64,000 nt of DNA from Ranitomeya imitator (GCF_032444005.1 NC_091285.1:517576001-517640000); one strand, 5' to 3'; numbered from the stretch's first letter, positions 47,761-59,833 are shown. The notes: generated from the sequence alone by a model not told the origin. A program made the numbers and translations.

Positions 47761-50569
47761 AACAACTGCATTTGGCGTACTAGTTGGTTTGGGGCCTACT
47801 ATCGGTGTCTGCCGCTCCTTGCTGTTCTCCTGGTTTCCTGTCCTGAAATTCCGTTTTCAGGCGCTCGTTAAGTAGTTGTTAATGTTAGACTGCATTTGGC
47901 CTACTAGTTGGGTTGGGGCCTACTATCGGTGTCTGCCACTCCTTGCTGTTCTCCTCCACTGAACAAAGCTGTGCCGCCTGTTTACTACGGTTGCCAATTT
48001 TGAACTGCATTTCGACTACTTACTGATTTGGGCCTACTCTCTGTGTCAGCCTCTCATTCCAGTTGTCCTCCACTTCAATGCCCCCTGATTAGTCCTGTGT
48101 TACCAATTTTGAACTGCATTTAGCCCACTTTATTCTTTGGGCCTATATCTGTGTTTCCTCCTCATCCTGCCCATTGCCCAGCCAGTGATAGATGAGTCTG
48201 CTGGTACATTGACCCATAACGCAACATTTCCCGTGCACGCTACACTGCAAGATTGTGACCCTGCTGAAAGTCAGGTCCCCCTTCCCGCATACCATACCAC
48301 CTTATACGGGGACAAACAGGAAGGTGCAGATGAAAGTGCAGGTTCCTTCATCAGGTGGGGGGAGGAATACTAGTTGGCAACGTCACTGGCACAGGGCCTC
48401 TCATGGTACGCAAAAGTGTTGCTGCCGGTGGGAGGCGCCCCCGCCGTGCAAACACACCGCTGTACTTTGAGGGGCCCTGTGCCAGTGCCAATGCCAACGA
48501 GTGGGCCCCCCCTGCTTGCTCAGGTTCACAGCACTTGCAAAGTTGAAATACTTACCTCTCTCTGCTCCACTGCCGTGACGTGGTCCAGATTTCCTGGGCC
48601 CACTAATTACTTGAACCAGCCCTACCCACCACAACTTTAGCCAAATGACCCCCAATTTCAAATGCCTTCCAATTATTATAAGGTAAATTACGCTTGACAA
48701 GCTTCATTAAGAAGAATGGATGGTTTTGACATTAAAATGGGCACTCTAGGTGTTTTCCTGGCCCCCACTCACTGCCGACTATGCTGCCCCATTGACTTGC
48801 ATTGGGTTTCGTGTTTCGGTCGATCCCGACTTTACGTCATAATCGGGCGATTTCACTCGACCCGACTTTTGAGATAGTCGGGTTTCGCGAAACCCGGCTC
48901 GACTCTAAAAAGGTCAAGGTCGCTCAACTCTACTCTCCACTAACCCCCCTTTTCCATAACCCCATGTTTACCCCTGGGCTAGACCCTCGCCCATTCTCCT
49001 GATGGATAGCCAATGGAATAACTATTTTAAAACACCTTTGCATGCTCTTTAATACAATACTAACCACATAGGAATTTATGCAAAAATATATACCACCATC
49101 TACAGAGACTCTACGCGTATGTCAGATATTCCATTTCGCAGAACAAATCCTACAACATAAGATCCCATTTTGTGCAACTGGTTTTGGGCAGAGATGTCTG
49201 GATGATCCTCTGGGTAAGGGTACTATCTCCCTGTTATATTCATCTCTGAACACCTCACATGGGGACAAAAAATTTAAATATATGATACAGTGGGAGGAAG
49301 ATCTGGATATAAACATGTCTTTAGAGGATTGGCGGCAAAGTTGTGATGTGCTCTCCAGGGGTAGTTGCCAGACCTCTCTGGTTGAGACATCTATCAAAAT
49401 CCTCCACAGAACATACCAAGTACCGAGTAGACTCCACTCCATATACCCAAATATAACAGATAAATGCTTTAGAGGTTGTGGTCTCCTAGGAGATATGAAG
49501 CACATATGGGGGGAATGACCATTTGTCTCCACCCTATGGCAAAAGGTTAAACTCACAGTGGAACGATTGTATGGCAGAGCGATCCGGCTCGAGCCGGCAG
49601 TGTTTCTAATGGGAGCTAAACACCCAGGTTTTTCTAATAAATTTCATAAACTGGTAAACCAGCTTTGTATGACCACTAAACTCCATATAGCAGCCAAGTG
49701 GAAATCACCTTTACTTTCTTTATCGATGATTAGAGACAAGATGAATACAATACTACTTTATGAGCGTATTCAAGCTACAAGAAATGATATGTGGGACACA
49801 TTCTACCAAGTCTGGAAACCATGGATGGAATTGGACTCTAATCTAAACTTAAGTCAGGCCTTAATCTTGTCTATATGAAGCTATTGGCCAGCGGTGTCCA
49901 GATATAGATCCTTACACCTAAATAAGGGGACTTGAGTGACTGAACCTCATGGAGAAGAGCTTATGTAAAAAAGGGAATAAAGAGAAAAAGTAAAAAGAAA
50001 AAAAGGGAAAAAATACATATATATCAATGGACCTATGCTTGGGTTGCGTCCTTGGGGCGGTTGGGGGGGGGGAGGTTATCCTTCTTCGCCTCGTCGTCCT
50101 ACTCCGCTGCTTATAAATGTAAGGTACTATGTGGATTCTCTTTCTCTATTTAGTTCCCCCCAGTGTATTTGTTCCTTGGTCTCTGTCTACTGTTTTACGT
50201 CTGTGAAGATATGTTTATATATGTATTTTTTTTTTTATGTAAGTATATAGCGCTCCCCTGCGCCGGAGTCTGTTTCAAATTTACTCTGTTTATGAAAATA
50301 AAATTCATTGAAACATAAAAAAAGTAAAATGGATTTGCCAGTTTATGGCAGATAAACCATATATACTCAAGTATAAGCCGACCCAGGTATAAGCCGAAAC
50401 CCCTAATTTTGCCAAAAAAACTGGGAAAACTTAATGACTCGAGTATAAGCCTAGGGTGAGAAATGCAGCAGCTACTGGTAAATTTCAAAAATAAAAATAG
50501 ATACCAATAAAAGTAAAATTAATTGAGACATCAGTAGGTTTAAGTGTTTTGAATAGCTATATTGAATCA

Positions 50570-51570
50570 GGAGCCTCATATAATGCTCCATAAAGTTCAT
50601 GATGGGCCCTATAAGATGCTCCATACAAAATATGCCCCATATACTGCTCCATAAAGTTCATGATGGGACCCATAAGATGCTTCATACAAAAATATGCCCC
50701 ATATAATGCTGCACAAAGGTTGATTATGGCCCCATAAGATGTTCCATAGAAACATTTGCCCCATACAATGCTGCATAAAGGTTGATTATGGTTCCATAAG
50801 ATGCTCCATAGAAAATGTGCCCCATATAATGCTGAATGAAGTTTGATTATGGTCCCATAAGATGCTCCATAGAAAATGTGCCTCATATAATGCTGCACAA
50901 AGGTTTATTATGGCCCCATAAGATGCTCCATAGAAACATTTGCCCCATATATCGCTGCATAAAGGTTGATTATGGTCCCATAAGATGCTCCATAGAAAAA
51001 TTTGCCCCATATAACGCTGCATAAAGGTTGATTATGGTTCAATAAGATGCTCCATAGAAAATGTGCCCCATATAATGCTGAATGAAGTTTGATTATGGTC
51101 CCATAAGATGCTCCATAGAAAATGTGCCTCATATAATGCTGTACAAAGGTTTATTATGGCCCCATAAGATGCTCCATAGAAACATTTGCCCCGTATAACG
51201 CTGCATAAAAGTTGATTATGGCCCAATAAGATGCTTCATAGAAACATTTGCCCCATATAACGCTGCATAAAGGTTGATTATGGTCCCATAAGATGCTCCA
51301 TAGAAACATTTGCCCCATATAACGCTGCATAAAGGTTGATTATAGTCCCATAAGATGCTTCATAGAAACATTTTCCCCACATAATGCTGCACAAAGGTTG
51401 ATTATGGCCCCATAAGATGCTCCATAGAAACATTTTCCCCATATAACGCTGCACAAAGGTTGATTATAGCCCCATAAGAAGTTCCATAGAAACATTTGCC
51501 CCATACAATGCTGGACAAAGGTTGATTATGGCCCCATAAGATGCTCCATAGAAATATTTGCCCCATATGC
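50570..51570. repeat. ~60-bp minisatellite
   Basis: CCCATAAGATGCTCCATAGAAACATTTGCCCCATATAATGCTGCATAAAGGTTGATTATGG-type units in tandem. Confidence 0.95.
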
Positions 51571-52881
51571 TGCTGCTGCAATAAAAAAAATGACATACTC
51601 ACCTCTTGTCCTGTGCAGGCAGGGACACTGGCACTTGCGATATTCAGCTGTCCCCGTTCCACCGCCACGCGCTGCTGTTTTCCATCTCTCTGCAGTGTGT
51701 CCAGGCAGAGGGCAGCACGCACGCTAAACATGTCATCGCGCCCTCTGACCTGAACGTCACAGCCAGAGGATGCGGAAGACACAGCGGCGCGCGGCAGTGG
51801 AATGGGGACAGGTGAATATCACAATACTCACCATCCCCCGTTATACTCACCCTTCCGGCGTGGTCCCTGCTTCTCTGATGCGATGGTCTCTGACACCGGA
51901 AACTTGTTCCTGTGTTCAGTGGTCACTGGTACTATGCATTAAAGCAATAAATATGCGCTCCACCCTTATGGGAGTGGAGTCGCGTCCATATTCATTACTT
52001 TAACCCCTTAGCGACCGCCGATATGCCTTTTAACGGCGGCCGCTAAGGGTACTTAAACCACAGCGCCGTTAATTAACGGCGCTGTGGAAAAAGTAAATAG
52101 CACCCCCCAGAGTCGGATTTTCTCCGGGGTCTCGGCTGCCGGGGGTAGCCGAGACCCCAGAGAACATGATTCGGGGGTTTTTTAACCCACCCCGCATTTG
52201 CGATCGCCGGTAGTTAACCGTTTACCGGCGATCGCAAAAAAAAAAATGCGATCTCTTTTTAATTTCTCTATCCTCCGATGTGATCGCACATCTGAGGATA
52301 GAGAAAAGGGGTCCCAGGTAGCCCCCCAATACTTACCTATCTTCCCCGATGCTTCTCGTGGCTCCCGGTGGGCGCCGCCATCTTGAAAATGGCGGGCGCA
52401 TGCGCAGTGCGCCGGCCGGCCGGCCCCGCGAGAATCTTTGGGTCTCGGCTGCTGGGGGTAGCCGAGACCCCAAAGAGCATGATCTAGGGTCGGTTTTAGC
52501 GACCCCTGTTTTGCGATCGCCGGTAATTAACTGTTTACCGGCTACCGCAAAAAAAAAAAAGCTAAGTGTAATTCTCTGTCCTCTGATGTGATCGCACATC
52601 AGAGGACAGAGAAATAGGGGGATTGGGGGACCCTATCATACTCACCTGTGTCCCTGGATCCTCCTGCTGCTCCTCCTGGCCGCCGGCATCTTCTGGGCAA
52701 AAGAAAATGTGCAGTGCGCCCGCCATCTGACTCCATCTGCCGGCCGGCAGGAGAAGAGCAGTTGGGGCTAAAATTAGGGTTAGGGTTATGGTTAGGGGTA
52801 GGGTTAGGGGTAGGGTTAGGGGTAGAGTTAGGGGTAGGGTTATGGGTAGGGTTAGGGGTAGGGTTAGGGCTAGGGTTAGGG

Positions 52882-53023
52882 NNNNNNNNNNNNNNNNNNN
52901 NNNNNNNNNNNNNNNNNNNNNNNNNNNNNNNNNNNNNNNNNNNNNNNNNNNNNNNNNNNNNNNNNNNNNNNNNNNNNNNNNNNNNNNNNNNNNNNNNNNN
53001 NNNNNNNNNNNNNNNNNNNNNNN
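52882..53023. other. Assembly gap (142 N)
   Basis: Run of N. Confidence 1.
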
Positions 53024-53094
53024 GGTTAGGGCTAAATTTAGGGTTAGGGTTGGGGCTAAATTTAGAGTTAGGGTTGGCGCTAAATTTAGGGTTA

Positions 53095-53510
53095 GGCTTC
53101 TTTCACACTTACGTCGGTACGGGGCCGTCGCAATGCATCGGCCCGACATACCGACGCACGTTGTGAAAATTGTACACAACATGGGCAGCGGATGTAGTTT
53201 TTCAACGCATCCGCTGCCCAATCTATGTCCTGGGGAGGAGGGGGCGGAGTTACGGCCACGCATGCGCGGTCAGAAATGGCGGATGCGACGTACAAAAAAA
53301 CGTTACATTGAACGTTTTTTTGTGCTGACGGTCCGCCAAAACACTGATCCAGTGCACTACGGACGCGACGTGTGGCCATCCGTCACGATCCGTCGGCAAT
53401 ACAAGTCTATGGGCAAAAAACGCATCCTGCGGGCACATTTGCAGGATCCGTTTCTTGTCCAAAATGACGGATTGCGATGAATGCCAAACAACGCAAGTGT
53501 GAAAGTAGCC
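53095..53510. mobile_element. PIF/Harbinger-type MITE inserted in the TTAGGG array
   Basis: TIRs GGCTTCTTTCACACTT / AAGTGTGAAAGTAGCC, TSD TTA. Homologous to 12744-13140. Confidence 0.88.
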
Positions 53511-53864
53511 TTAGGGTTAGGGTTGGGGCTAAAGTTAGGGTTAGAGTTGGGATTAGGGTTAGGGTTTGGATTAGGGTTAGGGTTGGCATTAGGGTTACGC
53601 TTAGGATTAGGGTTAGGTTTGGGATTAGGGTTAAGGTTAGGGTTGTGATTAGGGGTGTATTGGGATTAGGGTTAGGTTTGAGGTTAGTGTTGAGATTAGG
53701 ATTAGGGGTGTGTTGGATGTAGGGTTTTGATTAGGGTTATGGTTAGGGTTGACATTAGGGTTGTTTTGGGGTAAGGGTTGGGATTATCGTTAGGGTTAGT
53801 GATTAGGATTATGGATCGGGTTGGGATTAGGGTTAGGGGTGTGTTGGAGTTGGGTTGGAGCTAG

Positions 53865-56800
53865 AATTGGGGGGTTTCCACTGTTTAGGTACATCAGGGG
53901 GTCTCCAAACACGACAGCCAATTTTGCGCTCAAAAAGTCAAATGGTGCTCCCTCCCTTCTGAGCTCTGCCGTGCGCCCAAACAGTGGGTTACCCCCACAT
54001 ATTTGGCATCAGCATACTCGGGATAAATTGGACAACAACTTCTGGGGTCCAATTTCTCTTGTTACCCTTGTGAAAATAAAAACTTGGGGGCTACAAAATC
54101 CTTTTTGTGGAAAAATATATATATTTTTTTTATGACTCTGCATTATACACTTCTGTGAAGCACTTGGGCATTCAAAGTTCTCACCACACATCTATATAAG
54201 TTCCTTGAGGGGTCTAGTTTCCAAAACGGGGTCACTTGTGGGGGGTTACTACTGATTAGGTACATCAGGGGCTCTGCAAACGCAACATAACGCCCACAGA
54301 CCATTCTATCTAAGTCTGCATTCCAAAACGGCGCTCCTTCCCTTCCGAGCTCTGCCGTGCGTCCAAACAGTGGTTTACACACCCACATATGGGGCATCAG
54401 CATACTCAGGATAAATTGGACAAAAACTTTAGTGGTCCAATTTCTCCTGTTACCCTTGTGAAAATAAAAACTTGGGGGCTACAATATCTTTTTTGTGGAA
54501 AAAAAAAAATTTTTTATTTTCACGACTCTGCATTCTAAACTTCTGTGAAGCACTTGGGCATTCAAAGTTCTCACCACACATCTAGATAAGTTCCTTGGAG
54601 GGTCTAGTTTCCAAAATGGGGTCACTTGTGGAGGGTTTCTACTGGCTAGGTACATCAGGGGCTCTGCAAACGCAACATAATGCCCGCAGACCATTCTATC
54701 AAAGTCTGCATTCCAAAACGGCGCTCCTTCCTTCCGAGCTCTGCCGTGCGCCCAAACAGTGGTTTACCCCCACATATGGGTTACCAGCATACTCAGGACA
54801 AATTGGACAACAACTTTTGGGGTCCAATTTCTCTTGTTACCCTTGTGAAAATAAAAACTTGGGGGCTAAAAAATCTTTTTTGTGGAAAAAAAAAATATTT
54901 TTTATTTTCACGACTCTGCATTATAAACTTCTGTGAAGCACTTGGGCATTCAAAGTTCTCACCACACATCTAGATAAGTTCCATGGGGGGTCTAGTTTCC
55001 AAAATGGGGTCGCTTGTGGGGGATTTCTACTGTTTAGGCACATCAGGGGCTCTCCAAACGCGACATGGCGTCCAATCTCAATTCCAGCCAATTCTACATT
55101 GAAAAAGTAAAATGGCACTCCTTCTCTTCCAAGCTCTGCGGTGCACCCAAACAGTGGTTTACCCCCACATATTGGGTATCGTCGCACTCAGGACAAATTG
55201 CACAACAACTTTTGTGGTCTAATTTCTTCTCTTACCCTTGGGAAAATAAAAAATTGTGGGGGAAAAGATCATTTTTGTGAAAAAATAAGATTTTTTATTT
55301 TTACGGCTCTGCATTACAAACTTCTGTGAAGCACTTGTTGGGTCAAAGTGCTCACCACACATCTAGATAAGTTCCTTAAGGGGTCTACTTTTCAAAATGG
55401 TGTCACTTGTGAGGGGTTCCAATGTTTAGGCACATCAGGGGCTCTCCAAACGCAACATGGCGTCCCATCTCAATTCCAGTCAATTTTGCATTGAAAAGTC
55501 AAATGGCGCTCCTTTCCTTCCGAGCTCTGCCATGCGCCCAAACAGTGGTTTACCCCCACATATGGGGTATCGTCGCACTCAGGACAAATTGCACAACAAT
55601 TTCTGTGGTCTAATTTCTAATGTTACCCTTGTGAAAATAAAAATTTGTGGGCAAAAAGATCATTTTTGTAGAAAAAATGCAATTTTTTTTTCACGGCTCT
55701 ACATTATAAACTTCTGTGAAGCACATGGGGGTTCAAAGTGCTCACCACACATCTAGATAAGTTCCTTAAGGAGTCTAGTTTCCAAAATGGGGTCACTTGT
55801 GGGGGATTTCTACTGTTTAGGCACATCAGGGGCTCTCCAAACGCGACATGGCGTCCAATCTCAATTCCAGCCAATTCTACATTGAAAAAGTAAAACGGCA
55901 CTCCTTCTCTTCCAAGCTCTGCGGTGCGCCCAAACAGTGGTTTACCCCCACATATTGGGTATCAGTGTACTCAGGAGAAATTGCACTACAACATTTGTGG
56001 TCTAATTTCTAATGTTACCCTTGTGAAAATAAAAATTTGTGGGCAAAAATATCATTTTTGTAGAAAAAATGCGATTTTTTTTTTCACGGCTCTACATTAT
56101 AAACTTCTGTGAAGCACATGGGGGTTCAAGTGCTCACCACACATCTAGATAAGTTCCTTAAGGGGTCTAGTTTCCAAAATGGGGTCAGTTGTGGGGGGTT
56201 TCTACTGTTTAGGCACATCAGGGGCTCTCCAAACGCGACATGGCGTCCAATCTCAATTCCAACCAATTCTACATTGAAAAAGTAAAACGGCGCTCCTTCA
56301 CTTCCAAGCTCTGCGGTGCGCCCAAACAGTGGTTTACCCTCACATATGGGGTATCGACGTATTCAGGAGAAATCGCACAACAACTCTTGTGGTCTAATTT
56401 CTCCTGTTACCCTTGTGAAAATAAGAATTTGTGGGCGAAAAGATCATTTTTGTGTAAACAAAAGCGATTTTTCATTTTCACGGCTCTACGTTAAAAACTT
56501 CTGTGAAGCACTTGGGGGTTCAAAGTGCTCACCACACATCTAGATAAGTTCCTTAAGTGGTCTAGTTTCCAAAATGGTGTCACTTGTGGGGGGTTTCCAC
56601 TGTTTAGGCACATCAGGGGCTCTCTAAACGTGACATGGTGTCCGATCTCAATTCCAGCCAATTCTGCATTGAAAAAGTCAAACGGCGCTCCCTCACTTCT
56701 AAGTTCTGCGGTGCGCCCAAAAAGTGGTTTACCCCCACATATGGGGTATTGGCGTATTCAGGAGAAATTGCATAACAAAATTTATGGTTACATTTCTGTT

Positions 56801-56950
56801 TTTACACTTGTGAAAATAAAAAAAATGGTTCTGAATTAAGATGTTTGCAAAAAAAAGTTAAATGTTCATTTTTTCCTTCCACATTGTTTCAGTTCCTGTG
56901 AAGCACGTAAAGGGTTAAAAAACTTCTTGAATGTGGTTTTGAGAACCTTG
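53865..56950. repeat. ~391-bp tandem array (~8 diverged copies)
   Basis: TTCTGTGAAGCAC at 54151, 54541, 54929, 55322, 55712, 56105, 56499. Confidence 0.95.
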
Positions 56951-58160
56951 AGGGGTGTAGTTTTTAGAATGGTGTCACACTTCATTATTTTCTATCATAT
57001 AGACCCCTCAAAATGACTTCAAATGTGATGTGGTCCCTAAAAAAAAATGGTGTTGTAAAAATGAGAAATTGCTGGTCAACTTTTAACCCTTATAACTCCC
57101 TAATAAAAAAATATTTTGTTTCCAAAATTGTGCTGATGTAAAGTAGACATGTGGGGAATGTTATTTGTTAACTATTTTTCGTGACATATCTCTCTGATTT
57201 AAGGGCATAAAAATACAAAGTTTGAAAATTGAAAATTTTTAAAAATTTTCGCCATATTTCCATTTTTTTCATAAATAATCGCAAGCAATATCGAAGAAAT
57301 GTTACCACTAACATGAAGTACAATATGTCACGAAAAAACATTCTCAGAATCAGCGGGATCCATTGAAGCTTTCCAGAGTTATAACCTCATAAAGTGACAG
57401 TGGTCAGAATTGCAAAAATTGGCCCGGTCATTAAGTACCAAATTGGCTCTGTCACTAAGGGGTTAATGAGCGGTACCACGTGGCTGCTGAAAACAGGAAG
57501 AGCTGCGGGCAGCGGAGAAGCAGGGACATGCAGAGATGTGCCGGGAGCAGGTCAGTATGATGTGACAGCTGCCGCTCATACTCGAGTAAATATGGTAAGC
57601 AGAATGAAACCAACTCCCTGGATATTTACTTGTTTCCTCTGGGTACATTGTAAAAGCACTGAAGCCATGCAAATTCACATGTTCTCACATATTTTATCAA
57701 GAAAATTTGATTCACAGAAAAATTATTCTAAACACATTTAATCTCCCTTATTATGTTCTGGGGTCCAGAATGATTCTAAAGCACAATAACAGTAAGATGT
57801 AGAGAAGAAAAAAACACTTTTATTCACCTTACCACTTACCTCTCCAGCCCCACCACTCCTCATCGTCACCTGTCTGGTGCTCAGCACATTTTCAGATTGC
57901 TGCTGCTTGGTGCTGAAAAACCAAAGGACCCGATTTCCAGCTTTGAGGAGGTCTGGAAGGTCTCTACGCCGACACGTCAGAGCAGCTAAAGTCCCAGAAA
58001 CAAAGTGCAACGCCCCTGAGAGGCGTTCACTTCAGTTGCGTTATGTAAGGACAAGGAAACAGCCAGGGTGCAGGCAAGCGAGAGGGCTGAGCGGTGTCCA
58101 CAATTAAAAACCGCCAATTACCTCCACCAATAATATCGGGCATGCCTGCATTCTGAACAG

Positions 58161-58201
58161 ATGAAGAAATACATGTTGAATTAGTTGATATTTTGCCCAA
58201 A
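58161..58201 (+). CDS. Candidate 41-nt host exon (DEEIHVELVDILPK)
   Basis: gcattctgaacAG acceptor, AAA|gtatgt donor, phase 1-0, open frame. Confidence 0.3.
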
Positions 58202-58498
58202 GTATGTAAACCTGTAACCTGCATCAAGGGTCCTCATTGCTCTGCGAGCCTCTACACTAAAACAAAAGCAACTCACTGATCAGAACATAATTCTCAAATC
58301 TTCACAAAAAAAGCCATGCTCACCAATACCTGGTCACGATACTAATGTACCAACAGGCTGTAAACTACTTGCACTGCATGCATGAATCAACGTAACTAGC
58401 AAGTTATAAAAGTGTTTTCAATGTGCATTAAAGGAACCCCCTATCATAGAGGATAGGTACGTGAGTGGTTGTTTCATTGCTATTTTGTACCTGCCTTA

Positions 58499-58807
58499 GG
58501 CAGGGTCCACATTGCGTCAATGGCAATGCGCTGACGGCATCCGTTACACATTAACGCTATGTAACTGATGCATTAGCGCACCCATTGACTGCCACTATGT
58601 AGTGCACCGCTAGCGCATGTCATAATCGGCATACGTTAGCAATGTGCCGTCATTCTGTGACGGACCCTCGGACGCGGTCTGCAGCATTTTCGGGTTCGTC
58701 ACCAATATCGCAATCGCATAACACGATCTTTAAAAGGCACTAGCGTTGCTGCAGTCCGTTTAACGCATGCATTGAACGGTCTGCACCAACGCAATGTGAA
58801 CCTAGCC
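58499..58807. mobile_element. PIF/Harbinger-type MITE
   Basis: TIRs GGCAGGGTCCACATTGCG / CGCAATGTGAACCTAGCC, TSD TTA on both sides. Confidence 0.85.
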
Positions 58808-58811
58808 TTAG

Positions 58812-58870
58812 CATTTTATTATGAGGGCCCGCTACATCCTGCAGTATAATGGTATTCCGAACAGGTATTG
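58812..58870 (+). CDS. Candidate 59-nt host exon (HFIMRARYILQYNGIPNRYW)
   Basis: Consensus donor TG|gtaagt. The acceptor AG is part of the MITE TSD (TTA-G). Phase 0 start is compatible with the 58161-58201 candidate. Confidence 0.25.
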
Positions 58871-59833
58871 GTAAGTATGGCTGCTTTTTTCTCTAATATT
58901 TTCTCAGTCTACTTTTTTGGCTTACTGCTCCTTTGGAGGGCAATGTCTTGCAAAATCTGCAATAATATAACAATAGTACTACAACACGTGAGGAATTTCA
59001 AGTGTAGCTGTAACCATGAAAATAATTCTAATTGATTTCTGACATGAAGGGATAGGAAACATTACAATCTGGTCATTTATGCATTGGAAACCATTTTTTT
59101 GTTTGTTTGATTTTTCATCTAGATTTTCTGCATTACGGAGAGCAATATAAATAACTGATAGTTTATTTATAAAGAACGGAATGTATAAATGGTTTTTCCA
59201 GAGCTGGAAAATATTATTTTTCTTCAAAAACAGTTCACTTGTCCTTTAATTACACTGCTATGCTGTACAGAGCCAATGGTCAAAAGTGGGCCCTTTTTAA
59301 TCCCAAATAATACCTCGTGGATCCCAAAAGTTTTAATTAGATATCAAGATATAATATCATTTTACCATGTATTAATTGTTTTTCATTTATAATACATGCA
59401 GTAATTATTGTCAATTCACAATATAGGTCTATATATATATATATTAGTAACATAGTTTGGCTGTTTTAGGAAGGCTATAATGGCCATAAATAGAAGACAT
59501 GTCTAGGCACTGATGCAGAATATCTGTCACAAATATTTTAACAATCTGAGCAGTTGTTACACCCACTGACTTTTTGTTGGGTGAGGTTAGTGATGGCTCA
59601 TTTCTTATGTTATGGGTGGAGAACTGGTCAATCTTATAAAGCTGTTCAACAGCTGTGCTTAAAATATTTATGTCTATCTAATGACTTTACTCTCTATAAC
59701 TGTAACCAAAAAGTTCTCTGATCAAAAATGGCAATGTAATGCTTCTTTTCTGTAGTGTGAAGTTCCCATTTCACTATGATTACAACTGCAACATCATTGT
59801 ACTGAAAACTTAGTAAAAACTGGTTAGTACATA

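Larger units (their letters stand above)
36409..48932 (+). mobile_element. 12.5-kb autonomous-type hAT (Ac/ZBED-like) DNA transposon
   Basis: TIRs TAGGGTTGAGCG / CGCTCAACTCTA, perfect 8-bp TSD CTCTCCAC (36401-08, 48933-40), subterminal AAGTCGGG/CCCGAC motifs, intact transposase ORF. Confidence 0.97.
21720..50322 (+). mobile_element. 5-prime-truncated, decayed L1-clade LINE ORF2 split into four pieces (21720-22241, 23314-24103, 35965-36408, 48933-50322)
   Basis: RT motifs KTPGPDG, NYRPISLLNVDLK, RGTRQGCPLSP, FADD and C-terminal CxxxC...H knuckle. The reading frame rejoins across each insertion (FTSIITA|RLNKFLP; WLGR|LHAIKM; KSSP|LTPLF). AATAAA and A-tail near 50258-50322. Stops and frameshifts present. 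Confidence 0.92.
52774..53860 (+). repeat. Telomere-like (TTAGGG/GTAGGG and variants)n array, split by a gap and a MITE
   Basis: Read directly from the sequence. True length unknown because of the gap. Confidence 0.93.
52004..57462. mobile_element. Large non-autonomous piggyBac-type element
   Basis: TTAA|CCCCTTAGCGAC ... GTCACTAAGGGG|TTAA. No transposase ORF. Contains TTAGGG arrays and a ~391-bp tandem array. Confidence 0.85.
50357..57595. mobile_element. Non-autonomous Tc1/mariner-superfamily (Tc2/pogo-like) element hosting a minisatellite and a nested TTAA element
   Basis: Degenerate TIRs CCATATATACTCAAGTATAAG / CTCATACTCGAGTAAATATGG|TA. Internal sequence continues across the 52004-57462 insertion. 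Confidence 0.65.

Noticed and set aside
52774-53094. True chromosome end or telomere fusion point
   Set aside because: The repeats are enclosed by matched TIRs and TTAA of one element, and nested host-element sequence continues on both sides.
57840-57985. Minus-strand exon candidate with gtaagt donor
   Set aside because: It has repeat-like composition, gtaagt/gtgagt motifs are common in the MITEs here, and no partner exons were found on that strand.
59268-59365. Candidate exon EPMVKSGPFLIPNNTSWIPKVLIRYQDIISFYH
   Set aside because: Weak donor, and its phase is incompatible with the nearest upstream candidate unless extra micro-exons are assumed.
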